This document shows positions 45,205-52,807 of a stretch of 64,000 nucleotides of DNA, one piece after another. Where the stretch lies: NCBI GenBank assembly GCA_047618115.1, contig JBLHKV010000001.1, forward strand, positions 267 to 64,266. Reading direction: 5' to 3'. A program made the translations under genes and the position numbers. The stretch comes from Halieaceae bacterium (GTDB lineage: Bacteria; Pseudomonadota; Gammaproteobacteria; Pseudomonadales; Halieaceae). The stretch's first letter is position 1, and the number at the start of each line of letters is the position of its first letter. The notes beneath the pieces were generated by a model. It was not told the origin of the DNA and ran no database searches. It saw nothing but the letters and a program-made list of their open reading frames with translations.

Positions 45205-46017
45205 TCAGGAAGACGGCATCAAAGCGGATAGATCAATCTGGCCCAATGTCATTCCCCCAGTGAACCCTCCATCCACCGGCAAAACAACCCCGTTTACATA
45301 GCTAGCCGCATCACTGTTGAGGCAAATCAGCGGCCCCGCCTGTTCGTCGGGAGTAGCCCGGCGGTTGATCGGCTGGATGAAGGTGTCGAGAACTTCAGCT
45401 TTAGTGGCCGATTCAAAGTGAGTCATCATTGGCGTATCGGTTGGAGCTGGCAGCGTGCAGTTAATACGAATACCGCTTTTTATCAAGGTCGATGAGGCCA
45501 ACATGGTCCACACAATAATGCCCTCTTTGGACAGGGCGTAGGCATTGCCCACTGTTTCTGTGTTTTCCTCGCACCACTGCATGATATTGTCGAAGCCTTC
45601 GACACCCACAAATGCCATCAACTCTGGAATCTTGCGGCTCCACCCCATACCACCGGTGGAGGAGATGCTGGCAATCGCGCCCCCGTCCGTCATCAAGGGG
45701 ACTATTTTCTCAGTCAGGTGGCGAGTACCGGCGTAATTGACTTTCATCACATCCATCGGCGGAGCCGTTTGCGGTAGCCCCGCACAATTGAACAGCGCAT
45801 CGACTTTGCCGGCAAGACTGGCCACGGCTGCGTCTATCATGTCGGCTTCGCGCAAATCAACCTGGGTAAAGGAGGCAAGATTAAGCTCGCTCTCCTTGAA
45901 ATCGAAACCGTGTACCTCGGCGCCCAGGTCCAACAACTGACGAGCAGTAGCCTCGCCCATTCCCGAGAAGCAGCCACTGACAACTACTCGCTTGTTTTTA
46001 TAACCAAGAAAATCCAT
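45205..46017 (-). CDS. SDR resembling Comamonas-type 3alpha-hydroxysteroid dehydrogenase/carbonyl reductase
   Basis: Start taken as the ATG at 46017. RVVVSGCFSGMGEATARQLL, DALFNCAGLPQT, AYALSK, RINCTLPAPTDTPMM and ASYVNGVVLPVDGG are collinear with my memory of HsdA. The subfamily call is moderate. Confidence 0.8.
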   Translation of the reverse strand: MDFLGYKNKRVVVSGCFSGMGEATARQLLDLGAEVHGFDFKESELNLASFTQVDLREADMIDAAVASLAGKVDALFNCAGLPQTAPPMDVMKVNYAGTRHLTEKIVPLMTDGGAIASISSTGGMGWSRKIPELMAFVGVEGFDNIMQWCEENTETVGNAYALSKEGIIVWTMLASSTLIKSGIRINCTLPAPTDTPMMTHFESATKAEVLDTFIQPINRRATPDEQAGPLICLNSDAASYVNGVVLPVDGGFTGGMTLGQIDLSALMPSS

Positions 46018-46192
46018 CGATAAGAACCCTGTCAAAATGGTTTGAGTGGGACCACAGCAACCCCTTTGGAAGGCAACTATTATACATCAATGGTGTTCAT
46101 TAGCAATTTCCCGGTGGCGCCCTGCAACAGTCCGCACCGGCCTCTCCTGCAACGCTCAGAATGAAAATAGCACGTCTGTGACATCTTGTGGA

Positions 46193-46411
46193 TCAAGCAG
46201 GTGTTAAATCCAGATGCATGTTAGCCAGGTCCCGAATAATGAAGCTGGGTTCGTATTCAAGCGTGTGTTTACCTGGCGCGCCATGCTTCTCTTCGTTGAG
46301 ACTAATATTAGAAGTTTGCAGCAGGAATTGCTCCAGAATTACTTTAACTTCCGCCCTTGCCAGCGGTGCGCCGGCGCAGGTATGCACACCCCTACCAAAT
46401 GCCAGGGCTAA
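46193..46411 (-). pseudogene. 3'-terminal remnant of a cytochrome P450 gene (haem loop to stop only)
   Basis: ..LAFGRGVHTCAGAPLARAEVKVILEQFLLQTSNISLNEEKHGAPGKHTLEYEPSFIIRDLANMHLDLTPA. 46 of 63 residues are identical, by hand alignment, to the C-terminus of the intact P450 at 20001..21275. The frame is closed by a TAG about 50 nt upstream of the homology, and the missing ~350 codons are absent. Confidence 0.8.
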
Positions 46412-46491
46412 ACCCGATTGAGGTTTGTTCGCCCTTTTGATTCGTCGCTATAATTTGTGGTATTTAAAACACCCCAAAATAATATTGTTGA

Positions 46492-47727
46492 TCAAAGACC
46501 GTAGCGCCGGGAAACGCCTTCAAAACGCGCTTTGAGTTGACGGATTCTTTCCTCTGGCGACACAAGCTGCGAATCCGCAGGTAGCACTTGTGCCACTGCC
46601 GAGAATTCAATGAGTTGAGTGTAGAAGGTCGTAGAATGCTTACTCATTAAACTGCGATAGGTGATATTACCGCGCTCAAACCCCTGAGTGTCTATCCAAT
46701 TGTTATAACCAGGATCGCGGTGGCAAAGAATCAAACGGACTTTACCATCGCTATCAACAGCTGCACGACTGGGGGTATAACTTATCGGGCGATAGAGATA
46801 ATCGAGACTATTCATAAAAACCCCATTGTTAGACATCATCCAAAAATCATCGTGGGAATCAAATTCGATCAACAGCGCCTCTTCCTCGCCCAGCTGCCAA
46901 CAAAGGTGGGCAACAGCACGACCGCGTTTTTTATCATCATCACCAATGCCACCTGCGGGATCAGCGGGAAACGCATTCACGTTTACTGGGTCCACAAAGG
47001 GGCTGTACTTGTTGGGGTGGTCTGGCCAGTCATTCATTAACCCTTCTACAAATTGCCCGGCCCAGCCCATCGCTTCAATCATAGTTGCAGTCGTGGGCAA
47101 GGGTTTTGGTTCCTGCATTGCGACGCGTTCGATGTGCAGCTGCGCTGGCAGCTCATCCCAGCGGTCAAATCCCTGACGCAAAAATAATTTACGGGTATCG
47201 GCCGTCGTGGGCATCCAGTTAACTCCCTGTTCATTTCCGCCAATAAACAACTCGAAGCTACCATCGGCATCTGTAATCAGTTGATGGCCGAACAAGTTCG
47301 CCTCTGGAACATCTCCAAAGGGCTCATGCAAACTGGGAATCTGCGTACCCGGCTGCATTTCTGGTCGCTGCCCCTGTAAAGTGAAGTTTAGAAAACGAGC
47401 CGTGCCCTGATTACCCGAGATACGATAGACAGATTCGCCATCAATCCACGCCTGCCAATAGGATATATCTGCCGCGTCGCCTCCAAGCTTTCTTGTTGGT
47501 GTACAAAACGGATGTAAAACAGGATAGCGTGTATCGCGGGTTTCCAGGGCGAGATCAAAAGCCTGCCCGAGATTTTGTGTCAAAAAGCGGAAGGCATCAA
47601 CGCGATGAATCGGTGAGGCAGGGTTAACGTCTTTAAAAACTTTCTCGCCCGCCTCTTCCAATTGTCGACAAAAGGTCTGCCAAGCCTCGCGCAATGCAGC
47701 ATCACAGGGGCCGTCGTCGAAAGCCAT
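46492..47727 (-). CDS. conserved hypothetical protein (411 aa; possibly DUF1214-like)
   Basis: Long ORF with AGGAGA 7 nt upstream of the ATG and coding-like composition. The family guess is low confidence. Confidence 0.7.
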   Translation of the reverse strand: MAFDDGPCDAALREAWQTFCRQLEEAGEKVFKDVNPASPIHRVDAFRFLTQNLGQAFDLALETRDTRYPVLHPFCTPTRKLGGDAADISYWQAWIDGESVYRISGNQGTARFLNFTLQGQRPEMQPGTQIPSLHEPFGDVPEANLFGHQLITDADGSFELFIGGNEQGVNWMPTTADTRKLFLRQGFDRWDELPAQLHIERVAMQEPKPLPTTATMIEAMGWAGQFVEGLMNDWPDHPNKYSPFVDPVNVNAFPADPAGGIGDDDKKRGRAVAHLCWQLGEEEALLIEFDSHDDFWMMSNNGVFMNSLDYLYRPISYTPSRAAVDSDGKVRLILCHRDPGYNNWIDTQGFERGNITYRSLMSKHSTTFYTQLIEFSAVAQVLPADSQLVSPEERIRQLKARFEGVSRRYGL

Positions 47728-47750
47728 ATCTACATCTCCTGGTTACAATA

Positions 47751-47780
47751 ATATTCGCGGCCCTAATACTCGCGGCCCTA
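47751..47780. repeat. 15-bp tandem repeat x2 (ATATTCGCGGCCCTA / ATACTCGCGGCCCTA)
   Basis: Read directly from the sequence; one mismatch. The last 3 nt (47778-47780) are the TAG stop of the TIM-barrel gene. Confidence 0.9.
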
Positions 47781-48596
47781 TCCGCCAGCGCAGTCTAGCA
47801 ATAGCTGCTCAAGATTATGCACGCTGCGCTGCACGGCCTGAAGATGCCCTTCCCTATCGATTCTTGGACCGAGCAGCTCCAGATCAAAAGTACCCTGGTA
47901 GTCCTCCTGAAATAGCCAATCGATCAGTCGGGCTAAAGGCACATCCCCATCTCCAGGAACCGCCCTACCCGGGAGATTCCGATCTCCACAGACGTAATCG
48001 CTAACCTGAACAAGATCGCAGATGGGCACAGCCCGCGCAATCAGGTTTTTAAGATCAGCTTCGGTCCAGCATCCAACCAGGTCTATACAGACACCGATAC
48101 CTGCCATCTCGGCCAGGCTAATGGTATCTCGCAGTGAATGGGCAATATGCAGATCGGCATACACTGGTGGAGCGTTTTCAATCATCAGGGCAATACCGGC
48201 AGCACGCGCCTGTGCGGCACAGGGTGCGACCGCCGCAGAGAAAACCTCAGCCGCCTGCTCCCACACTAAATCGCCATGGCCACCCGTTGTCATATAGATT
48301 GAACGCGCTCCAAGCTCACTCGCCATTTCAATTTGTGCTGACAGGTTTTTCCGCGGTTCTATCCACGTACTGGTATCGGATGTAAGAGGTGTTTGCGACG
48401 AAAATGGATGCACAACGGTCTCTAACTGATAGCCGCCCTGTGCAAGAGCGCTCTTGACGATATTGATATCCGCCGCATCAACCTGGGGGCCCACCAGACT
48501 GACTCTGGATACCTGCAGACTTGGCCAGTGCGCCAATTGCTGCTCCAGCGTCTCATCCATAAAACAAATATTGTTGACTGAAATATTGGGATGCAT
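47778..48596 (-). CDS. xylose-isomerase-like TIM-barrel protein (sugar phosphate isomerase/epimerase family)
   Basis: 272 aa. ..ASELGARSIYMTTGG.., ..LMIEN.., ..GRAVPGDGDVPLARLIDWL... Paralog of the frameshifted gene at 3993..4792. Confidence 0.8.
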   Translation of the reverse strand: MHPNISVNNICFMDETLEQQLAHWPSLQVSRVSLVGPQVDAADINIVKSALAQGGYQLETVVHPFSSQTPLTSDTSTWIEPRKNLSAQIEMASELGARSIYMTTGGHGDLVWEQAAEVFSAAVAPCAAQARAAGIALMIENAPPVYADLHIAHSLRDTISLAEMAGIGVCIDLVGCWTEADLKNLIARAVPICDLVQVSDYVCGDRNLPGRAVPGDGDVPLARLIDWLFQEDYQGTFDLELLGPRIDREGHLQAVQRSVHNLEQLLLDCAGG

Positions 48597-48625
48597 AGTT
48601 TAATTTACCTGATCAATATGTCCGG

Positions 48626-48654
48626 GTTGCTTGCCGGTAATACTCGCAAGCAAC
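48626..48654. other. intercistronic stem-loop (9-bp perfect stem GTTGCTTGC / GCAAGCAAC, 11-nt loop)
   Basis: Read directly. It lies in the 85-nt spacer between the sulfotransferase stop (48682) and the TIM-barrel start (48596). No U-tract. Confidence 0.5.
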
Positions 48655-48681
48655 TAAAGTTAGTGACGGGCTAGTGAAGCG

Positions 48682-49851
48682 TTAGTCACGCTTTTCCACA
48701 TCAAGCCCGAAACGCTCACGATAAGGCGCAAATTCTTCGTTAAGTTCATTGATGTCCGCCCCAATCATAGCGCTGGAGTAAACGAACTTTCCGTAGCGAT
48801 CGCCCCTATTATTTTTTAGATACTCACGCATGGCTTGCTCCGCTGCAGCCGTCATCGGCAGACCGCAAAATTCGTAAAACCTGGTAATGGTGCCGATCGG
48901 ATCCGTGACAATATCGCGATAGCGCACATGATAAATACGGGGGTCATCAACCAGCGGATTGGACAGGGTCTGTTTGATTCCCGCCCGCGTGGCCGCAAGA
49001 TGGATGGCGGCCTGCTCATCGATATTCACCTGGCCGGCAAAGGCTTTCGTCAGCGTTACGGCCATGCCAATACGGGAGGCCGTAACCTGGACCGGATCAC
49101 GATGAGTCCAGATTAATCTGGCATCAGGGTAGCTTGCAAAAAAAGCCTCTAGCCGCGGCCCATGAAAGCCCTTCAACGCCCAGCGTTTTTTGGGTCGCCC
49201 ATGCTGGCAATGCTGGAGCATCATTTTGTGGATACGGTACTGCGCCAAATCGTCGGTAGGCAGTCCACCCACATACATACCAATGGGCGCCCGCCACCAG
49301 GCAGTGGGCGTCATCACCCGAAAGTCAAAAGCCCAGGTACGTTCACACTCAGGAAGGCCATCACCCAGCATGTCGTTATACGGATGAATCGTTAGCCACG
49401 CCGGCGCAATGTCGTTAATTTCCCGCCAATCGGCATCCGCTATAGCGTGACGCGGGTCATCGGCCTGCGCCAATCCCGGTGGCGGCGACGGGTACATCAC
49501 TTCCCAAAAACGCAGGGACCGCGCATCCGGGTCCACCGACAACAAAGCGTGCAGAAGTGTCGTTCCTGAACGAGGCTCACCTGTGGCAAAAATGGGTTGT
49601 TGTATAACCTCCTCTGCGAGGCCGGGGTAAATTTTGTGATCATCAAAAAACTGCAAACGAGAGGTAAGCAGTCCATGACACACCTGGGCTGCAGCGCGCT
49701 CGCCAGCTTCATCCATATGAATTTTTCGCAGCTGATCCAGACCAAGTGAAAATCGCTCTTTGAAGCTCGGATCCCCATAGTCCTGCAGCCCCAATCCGGT
49801 CTCGGCTTTGCGTAGCAAGGTGTCGGCATCGAGGATCGATTGAACTACCAA
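48682..49851 (-). CDS. PAPS-type sulfotransferase family protein (paralog 3 of 3)
   Basis: 389 aa. GEPRSGTTLLHALL and IWTHRDPVQVTASRIG. The track start at 49851 is a TTG, 5 nt after the LLM stop. The N-terminus is collinear with the other two paralogs. Confidence 0.85.
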   Translation of the reverse strand: MVVQSILDADTLLRKAETGLGLQDYGDPSFKERFSLGLDQLRKIHMDEAGERAAAQVCHGLLTSRLQFFDDHKIYPGLAEEVIQQPIFATGEPRSGTTLLHALLSVDPDARSLRFWEVMYPSPPPGLAQADDPRHAIADADWREINDIAPAWLTIHPYNDMLGDGLPECERTWAFDFRVMTPTAWWRAPIGMYVGGLPTDDLAQYRIHKMMLQHCQHGRPKKRWALKGFHGPRLEAFFASYPDARLIWTHRDPVQVTASRIGMAVTLTKAFAGQVNIDEQAAIHLAATRAGIKQTLSNPLVDDPRIYHVRYRDIVTDPIGTITRFYEFCGLPMTAAAEQAMREYLKNNRGDRYGKFVYSSAMIGADINELNEEFAPYRERFGLDVEKRD

Positions 49852-49856
49852 CGCTC

Positions 49857-50975
49857 TTATTCCCCGCAGAGCTTCAATAGCTCATCTTCGGCTTCCCGCA
49901 CTTTGGCAGCGGAAAGGGCACTGTACTTGAGCCCGGCCATGCCACCGTAATCGAGAATTTTAGGCACTCGCAGACCGGCATCGACATAGCCTTTGATTTG
50001 TCTGGCTACCTGTTTTGGGGTGCCATGTGGAATGACGGCGAGAATTGACTCAGGCTCTACCTTGGCCAGCATATCAAGAACTCTCTCCCGGGTTAGCACA
50101 CCGGGATCAATATCCTGGTAACCACCCCAGCTCTCCCCCATCGGGTGCTTGAAGCCAAACGTCTTGAGTGCCGCCGCAGAAATTTGCAGAATCCAGGCTT
50201 TGACCAGAGGCGCCTCAAGTATTTCTGCCAGCTCGCTGTCATCGCCGATCAAACAGGTCATGATAAAAGCCGGTACGATGGCCATCGGGTCCCGGCCCGC
50301 CTGTTCTGCTGACTCGCGGATTACCTGTAGTTTCTCGGCATATTCTTCCGGCGACCAGGCCCCGGCTGGCCACCAGCCGTCGGCATAGCGTCCGGTAAGT
50401 TTAAGCATGCGCGGACCACTGGCGCCGATCCATATTTTTGGGAACTGTCCCTCATAGGGCTCGGTATCCAGGCGCGCGTGGTGCAGTTTGAAAAACTGCC
50501 CAGAGAAATCCACCGGCCCCTCGCTGTCCCACAACAACCGAATAACTTCAAGAGCCTCCTCAAATCGACTCACAGGTTTGGAAAAGTCGAAACCGTATGG
50601 CACTGTGTTTTCAGTTTCACCACTGCCAAGACCTAAAATAAACCGACCGCCGGAAAGGTGGTCGATGGTCAGCGCTGTCTGCGCCAGTGACGACGGATGG
50701 CGGCGAACTGTATCTACCACGCTCGTAGCAATCGGCACGTTGCTGGTCAGCACTGCAGCGGCTGAGGCAACAGCAAGACCGTCCAGATTCCGATGCGGAG
50801 AAGGTGACAACGTTGCCAGGTCTGTGAATTCGGGCGTCCAGATCGAATCGGGCCAAAAGCTGACCATGTGATCTGGCAGCCAGATGGAGTGATAACGACC
50901 GCTATCAAGATTGTCGAGGACACTGAAATCCAGAGGCAGCGTGGTGCGTAAAAATGCAGCGGGTTGGACCTTCAT
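49857..50975 (-). CDS. luciferase-like (LLM class) flavin-dependent oxidoreductase
   Basis: 372 aa. ..LTIDHLSGGRFILGLGSGE.., ..PKIWIGASGPRMLKLTGRYADGWWP... AGGAGAG upstream of the ATG. Confidence 0.85.
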   Translation of the reverse strand: MKVQPAAFLRTTLPLDFSVLDNLDSGRYHSIWLPDHMVSFWPDSIWTPEFTDLATLSPSPHRNLDGLAVASAAAVLTSNVPIATSVVDTVRRHPSSLAQTALTIDHLSGGRFILGLGSGETENTVPYGFDFSKPVSRFEEALEVIRLLWDSEGPVDFSGQFFKLHHARLDTEPYEGQFPKIWIGASGPRMLKLTGRYADGWWPAGAWSPEEYAEKLQVIRESAEQAGRDPMAIVPAFIMTCLIGDDSELAEILEAPLVKAWILQISAAALKTFGFKHPMGESWGGYQDIDPGVLTRERVLDMLAKVEPESILAVIPHGTPKQVARQIKGYVDAGLRVPKILDYGGMAGLKYSALSAAKVREAEDELLKLCGE

Positions 50976-51121
50976 CGATGAGCTCTCCTGGGCGCAAACA
51001 ACACCTTATAGCGAGTTACTGGCAAAAGCTCTACTACGGGTTCGCTATCCAGCGACGATCCAGTAGCTATACCTGCTAGCCAGCGAGAAATACTTACGCT
51101 AATATACACCATTGGTGATTA

Positions 51122-51910
51122 ATGGCAATTTGCGGGAATATCAGTATGGCCCTCTACACAACGATTCATTTACACAATGTGCCGGGAGATAAAGAGACAG
51201 CCTACGCCCAGTGGTTCGACACAGATCATCAATCAGCGCTTGCCCATCTGAGGGGCTTTATGCAGGCGGAGCGGTACGAGGTGGACGAAGTCCAGATCAT
51301 GCCGGATATACACCAGCCATGGCGTTTTATGAGCCTGTACGAATTCGACCTGCCCTCCCCTGAAATCGACATTCCGGCACTGGGCCCGCTGATAGCGTCG
51401 GCGCGGGACGACGGTATGATCGCCGACGACGAAACCGAGCGCCTGTATTCTTACCGTCTTTACAGCGACTGGAAAGCCAGCCCAAACTGGCAGCGAGACC
51501 AGCCCTTTTCCGGCGTCAGCGTCCTTCTCGGGAACTATGTAGCCGGCCGCGGTGCCGAGTATCATAAGTGGTACGACGAAGTACACAGCGGCGAAGTCAT
51601 CAATGTTCCTGGTCACGTGGCGATGAAACGCGGTGAACTCTCACCCGTACAGATCGAGCCAAAGCACTATTGCCCGGGCGATCAACTCATTCTCTGTGCC
51701 AACCAGACCGACAACTTAACGTTCACCGTCCGCGATTTTAGCGCGAGGGCACGCGGTGTTAGTCCCAGCGGGATTGCCATGCAGCCTCGATCCACGTCGG
51801 GTTCATTCGCAAGAACCGTACATTATTTCCACAAAGTGAGCGGCACCGATTTCTGGCCGGGCGGGATTGCCTACGCGGGGGATCTTACGCCCTATCAAGA
51901 CAACAATTGA
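51122..51910 (+). CDS. two-domain protein made of tandem EthD-like (dimeric alpha/beta-barrel) modules
   Basis: Both halves carry the same signature (YAQWFDTDHQSALAHLRGFMQAERYEV and YHKWYDEVHSGEVINVPGHVAMKRGEL). The single-domain protein at 59636..59968 also carries it. The start could instead be the ATG at 51146. Confidence 0.65.
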   Translation: MAICGNISMALYTTIHLHNVPGDKETAYAQWFDTDHQSALAHLRGFMQAERYEVDEVQIMPDIHQPWRFMSLYEFDLPSPEIDIPALGPLIASARDDGMIADDETERLYSYRLYSDWKASPNWQRDQPFSGVSVLLGNYVAGRGAEYHKWYDEVHSGEVINVPGHVAMKRGELSPVQIEPKHYCPGDQLILCANQTDNLTFTVRDFSARARGVSPSGIAMQPRSTSGSFARTVHYFHKVSGTDFWPGGIAYAGDLTPYQDNN

Positions 51911-51984
51911 GCGCTCGCCGCAACCTCAACCTTTTTACGCTAAACAACATGCTGCTTCGGCGCTTGAGAAATTGAAGGAAAAAC

Positions 51985-52722
51985 ATGGCTAAAGTTATTG
52001 TTATCACAGGCGCAGGTGTTGGGCTGGGGCGAGAACTTGCGCGATCGTTTGTCAACCAGGGAAACAACGTTGCATTGCTGGGCCGCACAGCGGCCAAAGT
52101 AGAGGCCGTTGCAGAAGAGCTCGGAGACAAGGCGTTAGCTGTGACCTGCGACGTAGCCGACCCGGACTCGGTACGCGCTGCTTTCGCGGCAATCGCCAAA
52201 AAACACAAGACTATCGATGTGTTAATCAACAACGCCGCAATCTTCGAGCCATTCAAAATCGTCGATGCATCAGATCGGCAAATTATGAGCACTGTAACTG
52301 CCAATCTCGCTGGCCCCATGCTCTGCACACGGTCGGCAGTGCCCATGATGAAATCCGGCGCCCACATCATTAATGTCAGCAGCGAATCAGTTGTTGGCCA
52401 AATGCCTCACCTGTCCGTCTACCAAAGCTCAAAGGCGGGTCTGGAGCGTTTTTCCGAGAGCCTGTATCGGGAACTGGAGCCAGAAGGAATAAGAGTGTCG
52501 ATCGTTCGGGCAGGCGGCATGTACGAAGAAGGCAAAACCTGGGATGTGGACATGCAGGCCAAAATTGATTTTCACCAGGCTGCCACGGCAATCGGAATAG
52601 ATCTGATTGGGCGTCCTATCTCGCAATTTTCCTCAGTGCGTCAGTTGTTTCATACGCTTGTTGATCTGCCGGCGGACTTGCAGGTAGAGCTAATTAGTCT
52701 GCACGCGCGAGCAGCCGACTAG
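51985..52722 (+). CDS. short-chain dehydrogenase/reductase (SDR)
   Basis: 245 aa. KVIVITGAGVGLGRELARSF. Catalytic YQSSK. Confidence 0.9.
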   Translation: MAKVIVITGAGVGLGRELARSFVNQGNNVALLGRTAAKVEAVAEELGDKALAVTCDVADPDSVRAAFAAIAKKHKTIDVLINNAAIFEPFKIVDASDRQIMSTVTANLAGPMLCTRSAVPMMKSGAHIINVSSESVVGQMPHLSVYQSSKAGLERFSESLYRELEPEGIRVSIVRAGGMYEEGKTWDVDMQAKIDFHQAATAIGIDLIGRPISQFSSVRQLFHTLVDLPADLQVELISLHARAAD

Positions 52723-52807
52723 GCGGAATTTAAATGAAGATGGACGAGAACTTTAATTTTATTTAAATCACTGACAGTTGATAACCCGGTTATCGAGAGG
52801 GAAACAC

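Noticed and set aside
52728-52794. Two copies of the palindromic 8-mer ATTTAAAT (52728, 52761; 33 bp apart) and the inverted repeat GATAAC-ccg-GTTATC (52780-52794) upstream of the aldehyde dehydrogenase
   Set aside because: This is an AT-rich spacer where such words arise easily. The elements are short and no cognate regulator is adjacent. They are noted only as possible promoter features.
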